Shown piece after piece: positions 1-12,142 of a stretch of 64,000 nt of DNA (its first letter is position 1; each line of letters opens with the position of its first letter). The stretch is from Octopus sinensis (taxonomy: Eukaryota). A program made the translations under genes and the position numbers. Below the pieces are notes generated by a model. The model was given only the letters and a program-made list of their open reading frames with translations, did not search any database and was not told where the DNA came from. The stretch spans positions 1 through 64,000 of the forward strand of contig NW_021832122.1 of the NCBI RefSeq assembly GCF_006345805.1, written 5' to 3'.

Positions 1-1580
1 TCCTGAGGTAATGTGGTTATTTCTACTGGAAGTGTATTGAGACATTTTTTAGTACTGACTGTGTCACGTTTATTCACAGCCTTTCAGTGGCTTCTTCCAC
101 ATTTGAGAACGTTTTTGAACAATTTTTTGAGTTTAGTGTATTTCTGAGTATTTAGAAGTGAGAATTTCGGTCAAATGAGGAAGGAAATGTGTGAAATGAA
201 TAATCATGTTGTCAGTGACTTGGTTTCACTTATTGGGCAATCCATTCGACGGTGGGGAGGTTAAATAACGTGGATAGTGAGGACATTGATGACAAACAGG
301 CGATGGATTTGTTAGTGCCTGTTTTGCGACGTCTGTTCTCTCTCAATCTTGTCATGTCTGGGCATTTCCAACTGTACGAATGTGATGATCATGTTAGTGA
401 CACTGATTCGATATTTGTACATATTCTGCGTGCTCGAATATCTCTTCATGTTAAAGAATTGACTGAAAATATAGAAAGTAATCATTCTGCTTACCCAAGT
501 CGTGTATCCTTCCACATTGGAAGTGTCTCCCAAGACTATAATCCGGTTTGTGCGTGATGTGTCCACCAAAATCTCTTTTCTATTAATTAAGGCTCGTTCT
601 TCTTTGAACGTATTTGTTTTTTGACATTTAAAGGTGTATTTTAAGTCTGATCTTGTCCCTGTGACATTGACTATTGAAGAAGAGGAGTTGGACGTTGGAT
701 TTGTGCTGTCGTTTATCAGATCAATATCTCAAAGAGAATTTAAGAAGGAAATGAGTGGTGACTTGCATACTGATCTCACAAATACGTCGGCCTTGATCGT
801 GCATGCTAAACTCTGCACTGTTTTGGCTGATGAAACAATAAACGAGATTGTACTGTCCCCATTACTACTTAGATTCCCTCCACCAGGCCAGGCCTTGTCC
901 AATCCACCATATCTCACTTGAGGAAGACTAGTTCTATTACACTCGGCTTGTATGCTCAATTCCTGGGCTGTCGGTTTTCGAAGGTTTGTCTGATTTGGTC
1001 ATTTAAGCTACTAATGGGGACTTTAGACTGCCCAAGTGAGGACAAAGTCAGTTCGGAGATGATGGAGATATGTGGGTGTTTTCGAAGTATATCTGAATTA
1101 TTGGGAGTCTGTTTCCCCCCTTCAGATCGGACAAACAGCGAGTCAAGTCTCGTGTCCGCCAGTCGAAGGTGGCGTCCTGATGTGGTCAGGAATGACTCGA
1201 AAAGTCTGTTAAAAAATATTCAACTCCTTTTTGCTGAACGGGCCGAGTTTTACTGTCCATTGGAAGGTGATGCAACTCTTATTTTGAATGGAATTGCCAA
1301 AATATTTCTCAAAGTTGGTTATTTTTAGTATTTCTAGAACTTTGTGGAAAGTATTCGACTTTGCAGGCTTTCTGGAAAGATTGTGAGACAAATTCAGTTG
1401 GACGTTCATTACTGTAGTCAGTTGTCGATTGTGTTTTCCACTGAGTTTGTTTTTGTGTGTATTTTTAGGGTTTTGATGTTATTTGACGAGGTTATGAACA
1501 GTGCATTGTCACAGTGTTGGGGGAGTTGTGAATTAAGAGATTTGCCGGTTGGGGATTTGAGGTTATTCTTAGAATATTGA
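1..1580 (-). mobile_element. Degenerate APE-type LINE remnant (endonuclease region), broken by stops and frameshifts
   Basis: Minus-strand fragments IIVLGDTSNVEGYTTW (resembles the APE IILGDFNAH..W motif), SIQAEC (IQE) and DKAWPGGG (DR.GGG) occur in the expected order. Boundaries approximate. Confidence 0.45.
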
Positions 1581-2449
1581 CACAATTCTGCATCATTTGC
1601 ACTAATATATAATTATTTTATTTAAGCACACATGGCTTGCCAAGTGGGTCTTGTTGTTGGTCTTAGATTGGATATTTTCTATGTTAGTTCATATAAAACG
1701 ATGATCGAGGAGGTTGTTTGGTCGCTCGGTTGAGTACGTGATTTATTATTTGAAAGTTTCTGATAAGTGAGAACAGGAAGGCAGTCTTGAATGAATCCAT
1801 CGTTTACACTATTAATATGTCTAGTCAGCTTCTCTAGATTAGGTTCTTTCGTTTTCCTCCACCATCTTTTGTGTTTCATCTCTCACTAATGAGGATAATT
1901 TGGCTGTACTTTTGATGTTAAGTTTATTTTGAAAGGATTAGTGCTATCTGTTCCTACTTAATTTATACTATCTTCCATAGAGTGGGGCTAAAAAGTCATG
2001 GAAGGCTTGCATATTTTGACTAAATTCATTAATTCAACTCGAAAATAAGATTAAATACTGTAGTTAAAAAAGAAATTAGAAATATAAGACGCTTTAAATT
2101 AATTGTTCAAAAGACTTGAGTTATTTATACTGCAATAATTAGCGATTTTTCGTAAAAGTCATTTTATAGAAGGAAAAAAGTCATTGAACAAAATCAAATG
2201 AATATTGCATTGCCTCTTGCTAGTATTGCTGCTTTCAATCTTTTTTGTACGGATAAATAAGCTTCTGACATTCAAATAGAGTAATATTTTTTCATTTTCA
2301 TAGCAAATTTTTTTTCAATTCGTGAATGTTTTTCGATTTCCTTAAACCAAATTTAATATTTAAAATTTTTATAAATGTTTGATTGGATTGAGATCTGGTG
2401 ATTGACTTGGCCATTCCAAAACATTTATTTTGTTCCTTAGTAACTATTC

Positions 2450-2921
2450 GCCGGAATCCCCTCCCTGCTTGAACCCACTGGGATCGATCGGGGGGACGGA
2501 AAAAGGCCTGACGGATAACTGTGTTTCCTTTCAACAGGGGGAAGCCTCTCACCTGGGATGCCACGTGTGTGGACTCTTTCTCGCCTCAGAACCTGCTGAT
2601 GTCGGGCTCCGCTCCTGGATCTATGTCACAACCGCGGAATGCAAAAAGATGCGGAAGTACTCCTCACTTACGGAGAAGTTCCAATTCCTTCCATTCGCGG
2701 TTGAGACTTCCGGTTCCTTGGGCAGTAAGGCAATCAGCTTCGTTCAGGAGATCGGGTCCCGCATGTCTGCCATCACAGGCGACGCCCGCGAATCGAGATG
2801 GTTTTTCGAGCGGATATCCCTTGCGATAGTACGCTCTAACTCTTTCTCGATCGCGTCGGCTTCCCGCCCTTGAAGCTTTTAATTAATTAACTTGTAGTTA
2901 TTGGTTGGTTTGTCAAAAAAA
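2450..2921 (+). mobile_element. 5'-truncated CRE-clade (RLE) non-LTR retroelement, 3' end with poly(A)
   Basis: Encodes, with frameshifts, ..KRPDG..FPFNRGKPLTWDATCVDSF..FAVETSG..ERISLAIVRSN. A-tail at 2915-2923; 8-bp TSD AACTATTC at 2442-2449 and 2922-2929. Confidence 0.88.
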
Positions 2922-3547
2922 AACTATTCAACAGTTATTTTTTCTTATGTTTTGGGTCGCTGTCATGTGAAATGTCCATTGTTGTGTCAAATTTAATTTA
3001 GCGACCAAGATTTCGCAATATTTAAGCGAATTCATTATTCCATCTATTACAAATACAGTAGATTTTATTTCTAACGAAAATTCGAATTTATTTATTTTTA
3101 CACATAAAATCAGTTATTAAAAGTTTTTTTCCTTTTTTATATTTTGCATTACAGTTCGTAATTTATCCATAATTGGTATATTTGAAGGTGAATTTTGTAG
3201 AATAAACTTTTCCATGGTCTCAATTGCACACATTGCATCACAAAAACCAACTTTCTCTATATCCTCATCATTTTTATTCTCTTGATTCTTATCTTCAAAG
3301 GAATCAATTGTTCGCAAAAATTCTTCATCATTATTGTTGCAAATTTTATAGGTACAATTTTTATTATCATCAGAAACCGGAGAGTCCTTCTTAATAGTAC
3401 ACCTTTTTGATATCTTGCTTTTACGTTGCTTTACCAATATAAAATAAAAATACTTTCTTAACTGTAAATAATTTTCCATGTAAATATTTAGCTGCTGTCG
3501 AATAATGGATAGAAATTCCAGTTTCATTAAATAGTCTCGCACAAATT

Positions 3548-3861
3548 TCACTTAGAGTGATGACAGGATTTTCCTCAACATAGTTTATCATTCTCGATAT
3601 TTCAGTGTCTGTGATTTTTGACCATCTGAATCCTCCACGTTTTTTATTAGGTTGTGAAGCATTTCGTATCCATTTATAAGCTGTATTTCGCTTAACTCCA
3701 TTCGAATCCGCCACAATATGCCAATCTGCATCCTCATTTTGATAAGCAGATATAATTCTCATTTTGGCTTCCAAATTTGTTTTATTATATGTTTTACTAA
3801 CACGAGAAGAAGTATTCATAGTTTTATCAAAAGTATTCATTCCGAACGGACAAAAATCCAT
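3548..3861 (-). mobile_element. Tc1/IS630-like transposase N-terminal HTH fragment
   Basis: ORF 3421..3861 reads RIISAYQNEDADWHIVADSNGVKRNTAYKWIR..KRGG..YVEENPVITLSEI..LHGKLFTVKK, the typical Tc1-family DNA-binding region. No DDE domain follows. Confidence 0.65.
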
Positions 3862-3909
3862 TTATATTTTTTTAGATACGTAATTTTGACATTAACATAT
3901 TTGAAATTC

Positions 3910-5175
3910 ACAACAATGACTTTTGACATCTCAGTTCGGATATTAAAAACCACAGTAATGACCTTTGACATCTCAGTTCGGATATTAGAAACCACAGTAA
4001 TGACCTTTGACATCTCAGTTCGGATATTAAAAACCACAGTAATGACCTTGACATCTCAGTTCGGATATTAGAAACCACAGTAATGACTTTTGACATCTCA
4101 GTTCGGATATTAAAAACCACAGTAATGACTTTTGACATCTCAGTTCGGATATTAGAAACCACAGTAATGACCTTTGACATCTCAGTTCGGATATTAAAAA
4201 CACAGTAATGACCTTTGACATCTCAGTTCGGATATTAGAAACCACAGTAATGACCTTTGACATCTCAGTTCGGATATTAAAAACCACAGTAATGACCTTT
4301 GACATCTCAGTTCGGATATCGTAAAGAAAGAAAAAAGTAAGCAATTGGGTGGCTAAGGGAATTGTCGAGGGCCTGAGGGTCAGCTCAACGATGCCGCGCT
4401 GCGTATTGAGTGGCAGTTTCCGCGGAGCACAGCAACCGAGATTCGCTGGAACAGCCAGCTCGTCTCCCTCCGGTCGTTTGTTTTTGTGGAGATTTTTCTA
4501 CCAATGGCGGTGAGGAGTTGAGTCGCAGCCTTTCCGACGATTCCAGAGTTTCGAAGGCGAGGGGGGCAAACTCAAAAGCGTCCGAAATACACCGGTATTT
4601 CGTCATCTTTGTCTCTTCAGCCAGCGCACTGGCGGAACCCGGGTTTGCGACAGTCCTGGGAAGCATTGTCGCCGAAAAAGAGTCGACACACGTGGCATCC
4701 CAAACCAGGGACTTGCCTTCCCTAAAAGGAAAGGTCGTCATCCCGTCGGGACGCTTGCCGTCGCTCCGGGAAAGGCCGACTGGCTCTAGGGTGGAAGGGA
4801 AACCAGCCGACTCTAGAGCCCTCCTCACAACGTCATTCAGATGAGTGTGACGGGGAATTCTCCCGGCACTCTTCCCAGTTCGGATATTAGAAACCACAAT
4901 AATGACGTTTGACATCTCAGTTCTGATATTAGAAACCACCATAATGACGTTTGACATCTCAGTTCGGATATTAGAAACAACAATAATGATACAAAATCCG
5001 AAAAATACCAGGGCTTGTTAGACGGCTGACGTTTGACATCTCAGTTCGGATATTAGAAACAACAATAATGATGTTTGACATCTCAGTTCGAATATTGGAA
5101 ACCACAATAATGACGTTTGACGTCTCAGTCCGGATATTAGAAACCACAACAATGACTTTTGACGTCTCAGTCCGG
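3910..5175. repeat. 42-bp minisatellite (about TGACCTTTGACATCTCAGTTCGGATATTAGAAACCACAGTAA), roughly 16 units, interrupted by a CRE insertion and a 37-bp insert
   Basis: Tandem units read directly at 3910-4319 and 4876-5175. Right-hand units are more diverged (TGACGTTTGAC). Confidence 0.95.
4320..4875 (-). mobile_element. 5'-truncated CRE-clade retroelement inserted in the minisatellite
   Basis: HLNDVVRRALESAGFPSTLEPVGLSRSDGKRPDG..LVWDATCVDSF. 12-bp TSD CAGTTCGGATAT at 4308-4319 and 4876-4887. Near-identical to 50336-50890. Confidence 0.92.
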
Positions 5176-5559
5176 ATATTTGACAGCAAAAAGGTGTAAA
5201 GTCATCCGGAGTGTCCTGCTTTGCCACTTGCTAAATGCTTTTTCAAAGCATTTCGTTACTGTTGTTCTTTTAATTTCATCCCAGCTTCAATTATCAATTG
5301 TATTGCATCAACTTGAAATTCCTGAGTTTTTTTTATCTTTAGATCATAGGATGACATTTAAATAAAAAGTCAGCATGGCTTTAATATAAAAATACAGGAT
5401 TGACCAATTTCTCATTACCTGATATAATACGGTATTTTATTCCAAATTAATTCTTAAAAGAATTGCCATTTTTACAATTTTTATGCCATTTGTTGTAGCA
5501 TTCCATTTGTAATAGTATTCCGAATGACCTTTTATGCTGAATACATTCATAAGAGGCAT

Positions 5560-7030
5560 ATAATTAAAAAAACTTTACGGAAATTTTGTTAGAATTCTTA
5601 TTTTCGGAATAGGATTCATTGATTATGATTTTGTTTATTGTTTCTATTGGCATGTTTTATACTTTACTCCATTGAAATTTTGTAATGCTTAAAATTTTTT
5701 TATAGTTAAAAACTTCGAGCTTTCTTTAAAAACATTATGTTTTTCGATTGTTTTTTGCGTTATTCTTACGTGAACAAATGAGTCAAAGGTCGAAAACTCG
5801 TTTTCGTTAAAAATTGATTTTCTTCCGATTTGATTAAAATAATTTTCGTTGAATTAAAAAACGTACTGTAATTCACCGACGCCTGTTGATGAAAAACAGC
5901 CCCACAGCATGATACTTCCTCCCCAGTGCTTTATGGTAGGTATGGTGCATTTTTGGTTATACGTCTGATTGGATTTAGATGCTCCCTGAGGGTTTCGAAT
6001 ACGCCTGAATTGCGAGATTCAAGAGAGTTAGTGAACCACATAACGCCACGTTGATATAAGTTCAGTCCGAAAAGTTTTATTTTTAATTCATCCGACCATA
6101 AAATATTGTTTATGAATTCATTTTCTTTATTTAAAAGATATTTGGCATATTTAAGTCGTGCAGAAATGTTTATTTTCTTTGATAATGGAACACGACGGGT
6201 CCTTCGTTTATTGATACCTTCAGTGCGTAGTGTATAAGTAATTGTATGAATGGATACTAATGCCAATTCTTTTCAAGTACAGTGCACGACAAAAGTAACC
6301 GGACAAGCCAAAATTTCCATTATTTTAAGTCATTTTAAAACTTTTTCACATAAATCACCTTTGTACATTAATTTACACGAAAAACAATTTTTTACATTTT
6401 TAATTTAATCTTTATTCAATTGTACATTAAATTTAAAGCATAAATAATTACGAGGTGCGACAAAAGAAACCGGACAGTTAAAAATAATCAAAAATTAGTA
6501 TCTAGAATTGCCTCTTTTGGCATTATACACTGCGTAGCTTCTATCCTTCATTGATAAAATTAGTTTTTGTATGAACTCTATCGGGATTGATCTCCAAATT
6601 TGGATAATTTCCTCTTTTAGGTCATTGTGACATGTTGGGGTTTTTTCACCTATTTTTCTTTTCATATATGCCCAGACGTGCTCAATGGGATTGAGATCAG
6701 GTGACTGGGCGGGCCATGAAATAACTTTGATTCGGCTTGTCCGGTTACTTTTGTCGTGCACTGTAATTCTTAGTTTTGTACGGACTATTCTTTTCATTAA
6801 TGAGCAAGAACGTTGAGTTATTTTCTTTGCACCACCTGATCCAGATCGATTAATGGTAGTTTCGTCTTGTTTCCATTAGGTAATATTCCAACAGTACTCT
6901 TGGTAATATCTGCAATTTAGAAATCTTTTCATAACTTTTACCTCTTTGGTATGCAGTTACAACTTGTTGTTTTAGGTCCAAATAATGCTCTTTTCTTGTC
7001 GCCATGAGTATTTTAATAACGAGCGAAAAA
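5560..7030 (-). mobile_element. Old degenerate Tc1 element carrying a nested Tc1 derivative
   Basis: N-terminus MATRK..QQVVTAYQRGKSYEKI (~7005-6900), WSDELKIKLFG (~6090) and KHWGGSIMLWGCFS (~5920). The reading continues across the nested insert (KTKNY|LKRIGISIHTI). Outer boundaries approximate. Confidence 0.7.
6280..6763 (-). mobile_element. Non-autonomous internally deleted Tc1 element (30-bp TIRs, TA TSD)
   Basis: TIR CAGTGCACGACAAAAGTAACCGGACAAGCC at 6280-6309, inverse at 6734-6763, both flanked by TA. Contains only the C-terminus WPAQSPDLNPIEHVW. An inner direct-repeat copy at ~6460 gives an IR-DR-like end. Confidence 0.9.
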
Positions 7031-7059
7031 TGAAAGTGTATTATACTAATCAGAATCTA

Positions 7060-7615
7060 TGAAACAAAGCCTCCCTCCGGTCATTCGTCTTCAAGGTAAT
7101 TTTATCATCGAGCATACGCAACAACCTCTCGGCCTCCTTATCGACCACGACAGTGGTCTCAAAAGCAAAAGAGACAATTGGTAAGTGTCAGTAAGGAGTA
7201 CGTATTTCGATCTCTTTCTCTACTCCGCAAGTGCGCAAGCGTATCCTGGAGAACATGCTATCTAGAGCAACAGCGTCACGGAAAAAGATTTACCGTCCAA
7301 AACGATTGACCTACCTCCCCTGAAAGGGAACGTAGTCATCCCGTCAGGACGTTTCCCGTCGTTTCGAAGGAATCCAACCGGTTCCAAAGGGACGGGAATC
7401 TGGCGGAATCCAAAACCCTCTTCATGACATCATTGAGAAATGCATGGCGCGGTAAACGGCCAGCACTCCTCTTACATAACAGTGTGTGTAACCCGCTTTG
7501 TGAGATCATCGAACCACACCGACAACGGTGCGGATGGCACATGTCCAATCCCAGTCGCAAACAAAAGCTGATACGGACGGTTTTGTCCCCCAACGGCAGA
7601 CAATCAGACATCAGT
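7060..7615 (-). mobile_element. Degenerate CRE-clade retroelement 3' fragment
   Basis: ISFCLRLGLDMCHPHRCRCG..LHTLLCKRSAGRLPRHAFLND.., then KRPD and AVET-like motifs with frameshifts. Confidence 0.8.
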
Positions 7616-8245
7616 AAGAGAGCAAATCAGAATCGATTAATCAATTTTATTGAAATTACGACTAATCAATCATTTCGAAAGAAAAAGAAGCGAAATAAAG
7701 ATAATTATTCATATCTTATTGCAGAAAAAATCCATATTTCTTTGATAGTCCCATCACTTTTTCCCATATATAATTTGACATTCAATTAAAGTGGAGTTTC
7801 AATGATAATTATTTGAAATTCGTGAAAATAATTAATACATTAATTCTAAAATTTGAATGACAAATAATTCCATTGATAAAAAGAGATTAAAAATAATACA
7901 CGATTTCATTATAAAAGCTATCAAAAATGGTAATCATTCTAAAACATGTCATTAAAAAAAGATAGGCGTCCACAACTTATTTTCCCCATTGTATACTCAC
8001 GTTTAAGTTCTCGGATTTTAATTTTCATTTAGACGTATTACTCTTTTAAAACATACTAAATTAGATGGAATGAATCTAGTTTTAAAGTAATGCGACGTCT
8101 GTTTTTCCTTGTATTTCTAAACTCACTCCTCCTTCGAGGTTCACCATATACAAAATTTAAATCTTAGAAATACAAGAAAAACGATTAAACGGTTCAAAAT
8201 ACAATAAAAATTTACTTAGAACTATGAAAACTAACAAAGTATAAG

Positions 8246-9164
8246 TTATTCAATTTTTAGTCTTTTGCTCTGACTGATATGCTCGTCTGATGGACTATCC
8301 TGTTCAATCAACGAATATTGATAAGATTTAGTTCTCTTCCACACATCAAGTTGATCAGAATGAACACCAATCACAACACCAAGAACAGTTTTCCTTGAAA
8401 ATGCGTGTTTAAGAACTTGTTTGGGATTTTCGGAAATGCATATTTTACTTTTAGACTTTGAAATCCGGAAGATTTGAGCCATATTCCGCACATCCAAAAC
8501 AGATCTGACATCAAAGCATTTCTCTGCACACGAACCAAAGACAATTCCCTTTCCAGACACAGCCAAAACAAGACTCAGAGAACTGGCCAGAATATTGACA
8601 CGTTGTGAGGGATCTCGAATTGCCCCAGAATAGCATATTTCAACACAAACTCCCCTTTGAACAGACATTTTAAGCTATTTTATACACGATAAGACAACCT
8701 GCTTGCTTGCTGCTTGAAATGAAAGTCTCTGCTGGAAATCGAAGCAAATCAAATCAAAATTGTCATGTGCCCCGACCTGATGTGAATATTAATACCAACC
8801 TTCTCGAGGACTTGGTCATTGAGGGGAAGGATGGAGACAATATCGTACTTGTTGTAGTTGGATAATTTAGAAATGGTGGCTAATTGGTTTGGATTTTGGA
8901 CTTTGATGGTAATTCGTGAAAGTATTTTGATTTTTCCTTCAAATGACTGAATGACTGGGTGATTCATTGTCTCCTCGGGGCACTAATATAATATATATAA
9001 TAGGATACTGGAATTATGTCCTTTTCTCCCTTTCCGAGTTTCTGGTTAGTTTTGCTCAAGTCAACACATCTGTTCACAGCAATTGTGTGATAGTCTAAAA
9101 ATATCAATGTTTCGATTGTCTTTTTTAGATCTGTAAAGTTTGTTAAAACTATGTTGAAATCCAT
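8246..9164 (-). CDS. RPP30: Ribonuclease P/MRP protein subunit p30 (4 exons; introns 26, 23, 24 nt)
   Basis: Spliced product: MDFNI..ILSRITI..YDIVSILPLNDQVLEK..QRGVCVEICYSGAIRD..KGIVFGSCAE..RSVLDVRNMAQIF..NPKQVLKHAFSRKT, matching the Rpp1/RPP30 family. Confidence 0.85.
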
Positions 9165-9354
9165 CAACAAGATAACGTTTTATTTATAGACAAAATTGAT
9201 ATGATTATTTATTCAATAAATGCGTGTTTTTTTAAATAACTATAATAGAAAAAATAAATAATATTAAAAAAATATTTTGAAAAAAATTAACTCAATCAAC
9301 GGACATTAAATCCTAATTCTGGCCATACCCAATAAAATATTCACAAACAAAAAA

Positions 9355-10280
9355 CTAATAAAAAAACAAAGTCCAATCCTAAAAAGTTTTTTTAAACATC
9401 CGAAAACGTAGACAAACAAAGTCTCCTCTCCCATAAAAGTCCTTCACTCAAACCCATCTCGGAGGCTACCAATCACCAACACAAAATACAGGCCCTGATC
9501 GCCTCCTTGCATTTAATAACCAAATTCCGTGGACATTCCCCAATCGCATCCCCACATCGAATGGCTGCTGGCAGAACGTCAGCACTCTTATAAACCTCGC
9601 AAACAAGTCCTGTCGAGTAATCTCCCACATTTACCACACTCCTTTGCCTTTTTAGCTGAGATGGGTTCCCCAGTGAGGACCATTTCCATTGCCTGATATT
9701 TCCCTACTGCTCTTGGAAGATTTTGGGTTCCTCCACCGCCAGGACATGTCCCCAATTTGATTTCTGGTTGGCCGAACTGTGCGTTCTCAGAAGCATAAAT
9801 AATATCGCAGGACATGGCCACCTCACAGCCACCACCCAACTATTAAACTGACATATTTCTTAAGACCACAAATCCATGGACTGCTGCTATTATTGGCAAA
9901 CGAAATTTATCAAGACAAGTCCAATTGCCGAATGTATTATTTGAATAACTGGCTGGATATGTCCGATCCAACATTTCAGGAATGTCGGCTCCGGCTAATT
10001 GTGAGTGAATAATACACACCCGCGAATGCCCTGTGAGACCCAGTTAGGATTACGGACTTGATTTGCTCATTTCTCTCAAAGGACTGCAGGCAGGCCTCGA
10101 TTTCCAACATTATTTGGTCACAGAGGGAGTTAAAAGCTCGTGGTCTATTCATTTTTATGAGTCCTATATTTTTGTTTATTCCTACTATATCTGTGATTAT
10201 CAATTTGTCTATTCAATTATTATATTTATGTTACTTTGATTGCATAAATGTCTGCAAATTATATTACAAACACCACTCAT
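9355..10280 (-). CDS. ECHS1: Mitochondrial enoyl-CoA hydratase (crotonase family); last exon uncertain, C-terminus short
   Basis: [80 protein letters not shown]. Introns 24-27 nt. Confidence 0.9.
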
Positions 10281-10368
10281 AACAACAAATCACTATAATC
10301 AAATATAATATTTAAAATTTAAAATCAATTAATTAAAAAATTTGATTCAGGAATTATTGGTTGATGTG

Positions 10369-12023
10369 GTGAGCACGTGGACAGACCCAAGAGATAACCG
10401 GAATCGGATCAGACTACTGAATAAAGTCATAAAACAGTCTGCAAAGGACAAACGGTACTGGAGGGCTGAAAAGTTCGCCAGAAGATTAAATGCGGAGGTC
10501 CCACTAACAAAAGTATGGGCATTTTAAAAAGATTCACAAACCCGGAGAGATTTAAATCGGGTGAGGATAATGCGGCTCTCTTCATCAACAAATTGATAAA
10601 GTTGTACGCTGGGATCAGTAACATCCCGCACAGGAAATATGATGGACTACGTTTGAAGTTGTTGAAACCTTGAAGATGTCGGGACTTGATAATCCTCACC
10701 CATGACGAGGTGTCTCAGGCTATCAGAAATTTAAGAAGCACTGGCTCTTGTGGACCTGATGGAATTCCTACTATTCTGGTAAAAAACCTAGGACAGGTGG
10801 CAATATCAGCTCTTTGTCAAATTTACAACTTTTCTATAAACAACATTGTGGAAAATGGCACACATTCGTCCTATTCTGAAACCAGGGAGACCAAAAGACA
10901 ACCCATATCTCTCCTCTGTGTCCTATCCAAAGTTCTGGAAAAATTTATTCTCAACCACATCAAACAATATCTCCCGGATTTGGATTTTCAACATGGATTT
11001 AAATGTGATAAATCAACCACTTTGACGAACTTCATCTCATGTGGACTATCTGCCAAATCGTATAACCTAAAAACAGTTATGTGCCCAGTGGATATCCATA
11101 AGGATTTTGACTCCGTTTCCAGGAAAATACTGACCAGGAAAATATACAGTGAAATTCACCCAAAGCTGAAAAAGTGGCTAGCTAACTTCCTCAGCGGCCG
11201 AAGAGGTAGGATCCAACAAAACAATACAAGATCGATGTCACGATATTTTCCAAACTGAGTCCCTCAAGGCTCACCCTTTCGTCAGCTCTTTTTAACTTAT
11301 TCTTATCGGACCTTCCGCTGCCAAACGACAAACACTCAAACGGAGTCGTGAGGTTAACACGGCAAGTTCAAAACTGTACTACCTCCACAATCTCGAAAGT
11401 TGGCTTTCGATAGATCGACGAGTCCTGAAAAATCAGTCACTACGCTTCTGACTTCAGCAAGGAAATTTGGGGAAATGGTGGTGAACTTATATCTAAACAA
11501 CATGGAAATCCCTTTTAAAAAATCCCAGAAAATTCTCGGCGTGACATGAGATAGTCATATGTGTTTCTCCCAACAATTTGAAAATGTTACTACTAGCTGC
11601 ATGAAGAAACTGAACATTTTAAAAGTGTTCCTCCGAAAATGCAAATATTGGATCACAGCATCCCCACACGCCAATCAATCTACCGGCAATACATCGAACC
11701 CTTCATTAGTTATGCTTGTGGGGCGTTGGGAGGGTTAGTCAGTGAAACGAACCGTGAAAAAATCGAAAAAACTCAAGAAAGATTTCGGGAAGCACTACAA
11801 AGACAGAATTAACATCTATCCATCCCCTCATTCAAAGAAATCCTGGGATTCAAAGAAAGCATGGGCCTACAGGTCCCAAAACTCCACCAACGCGCCCTCA
11901 TAGAAATTGTGTCGGGACTAGGGTGCAGCACCGGGCAAAGATGAGAACCCTCCTCAGAGAAGCCGGGATCACCTGATTAACTAGTTCTATGTTTTGGACG
12001 GTGATCTTGGTTCTAATAATAAT
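10369..12023 (+). mobile_element. 5'-truncated degenerate LINE (RT region plus 3' tail) with a 34-bp TSD
   Basis: GSCGPDGIP..RQPISLLCVLSKVLEK..QHGF..DIHKDFDSV..GVPQG, with TAA-rich tail. AAAAAATTTGATTCAGGAATWATTGGTTGATGTG is repeated at 10335-10368 and 12024-12057. Confidence 0.85.
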
Positions 12024-12142
12024 AAAAAATTTGATTCAGGAATAATTGGTTGATGTGATACCTCCCACCTCCCAATTCTAATAGACGGAAAAACCTACAA
12101 AAAAACAAATGCAGGCCAAAAGAACTCAAAGAATAATAAAAA

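Noticed and set aside
3718-4344. ORFs made of the 14-aa satellite translation
   Set aside because: Indels in several units break the frames on both strands; no start or stop context of a real gene.
3910-5175. CRISPR-like appearance of the 42-bp repeats
   Set aside because: Units are head-to-tail with no unique spacers, there are no cas genes, and the context is eukaryotic; it is a minisatellite.
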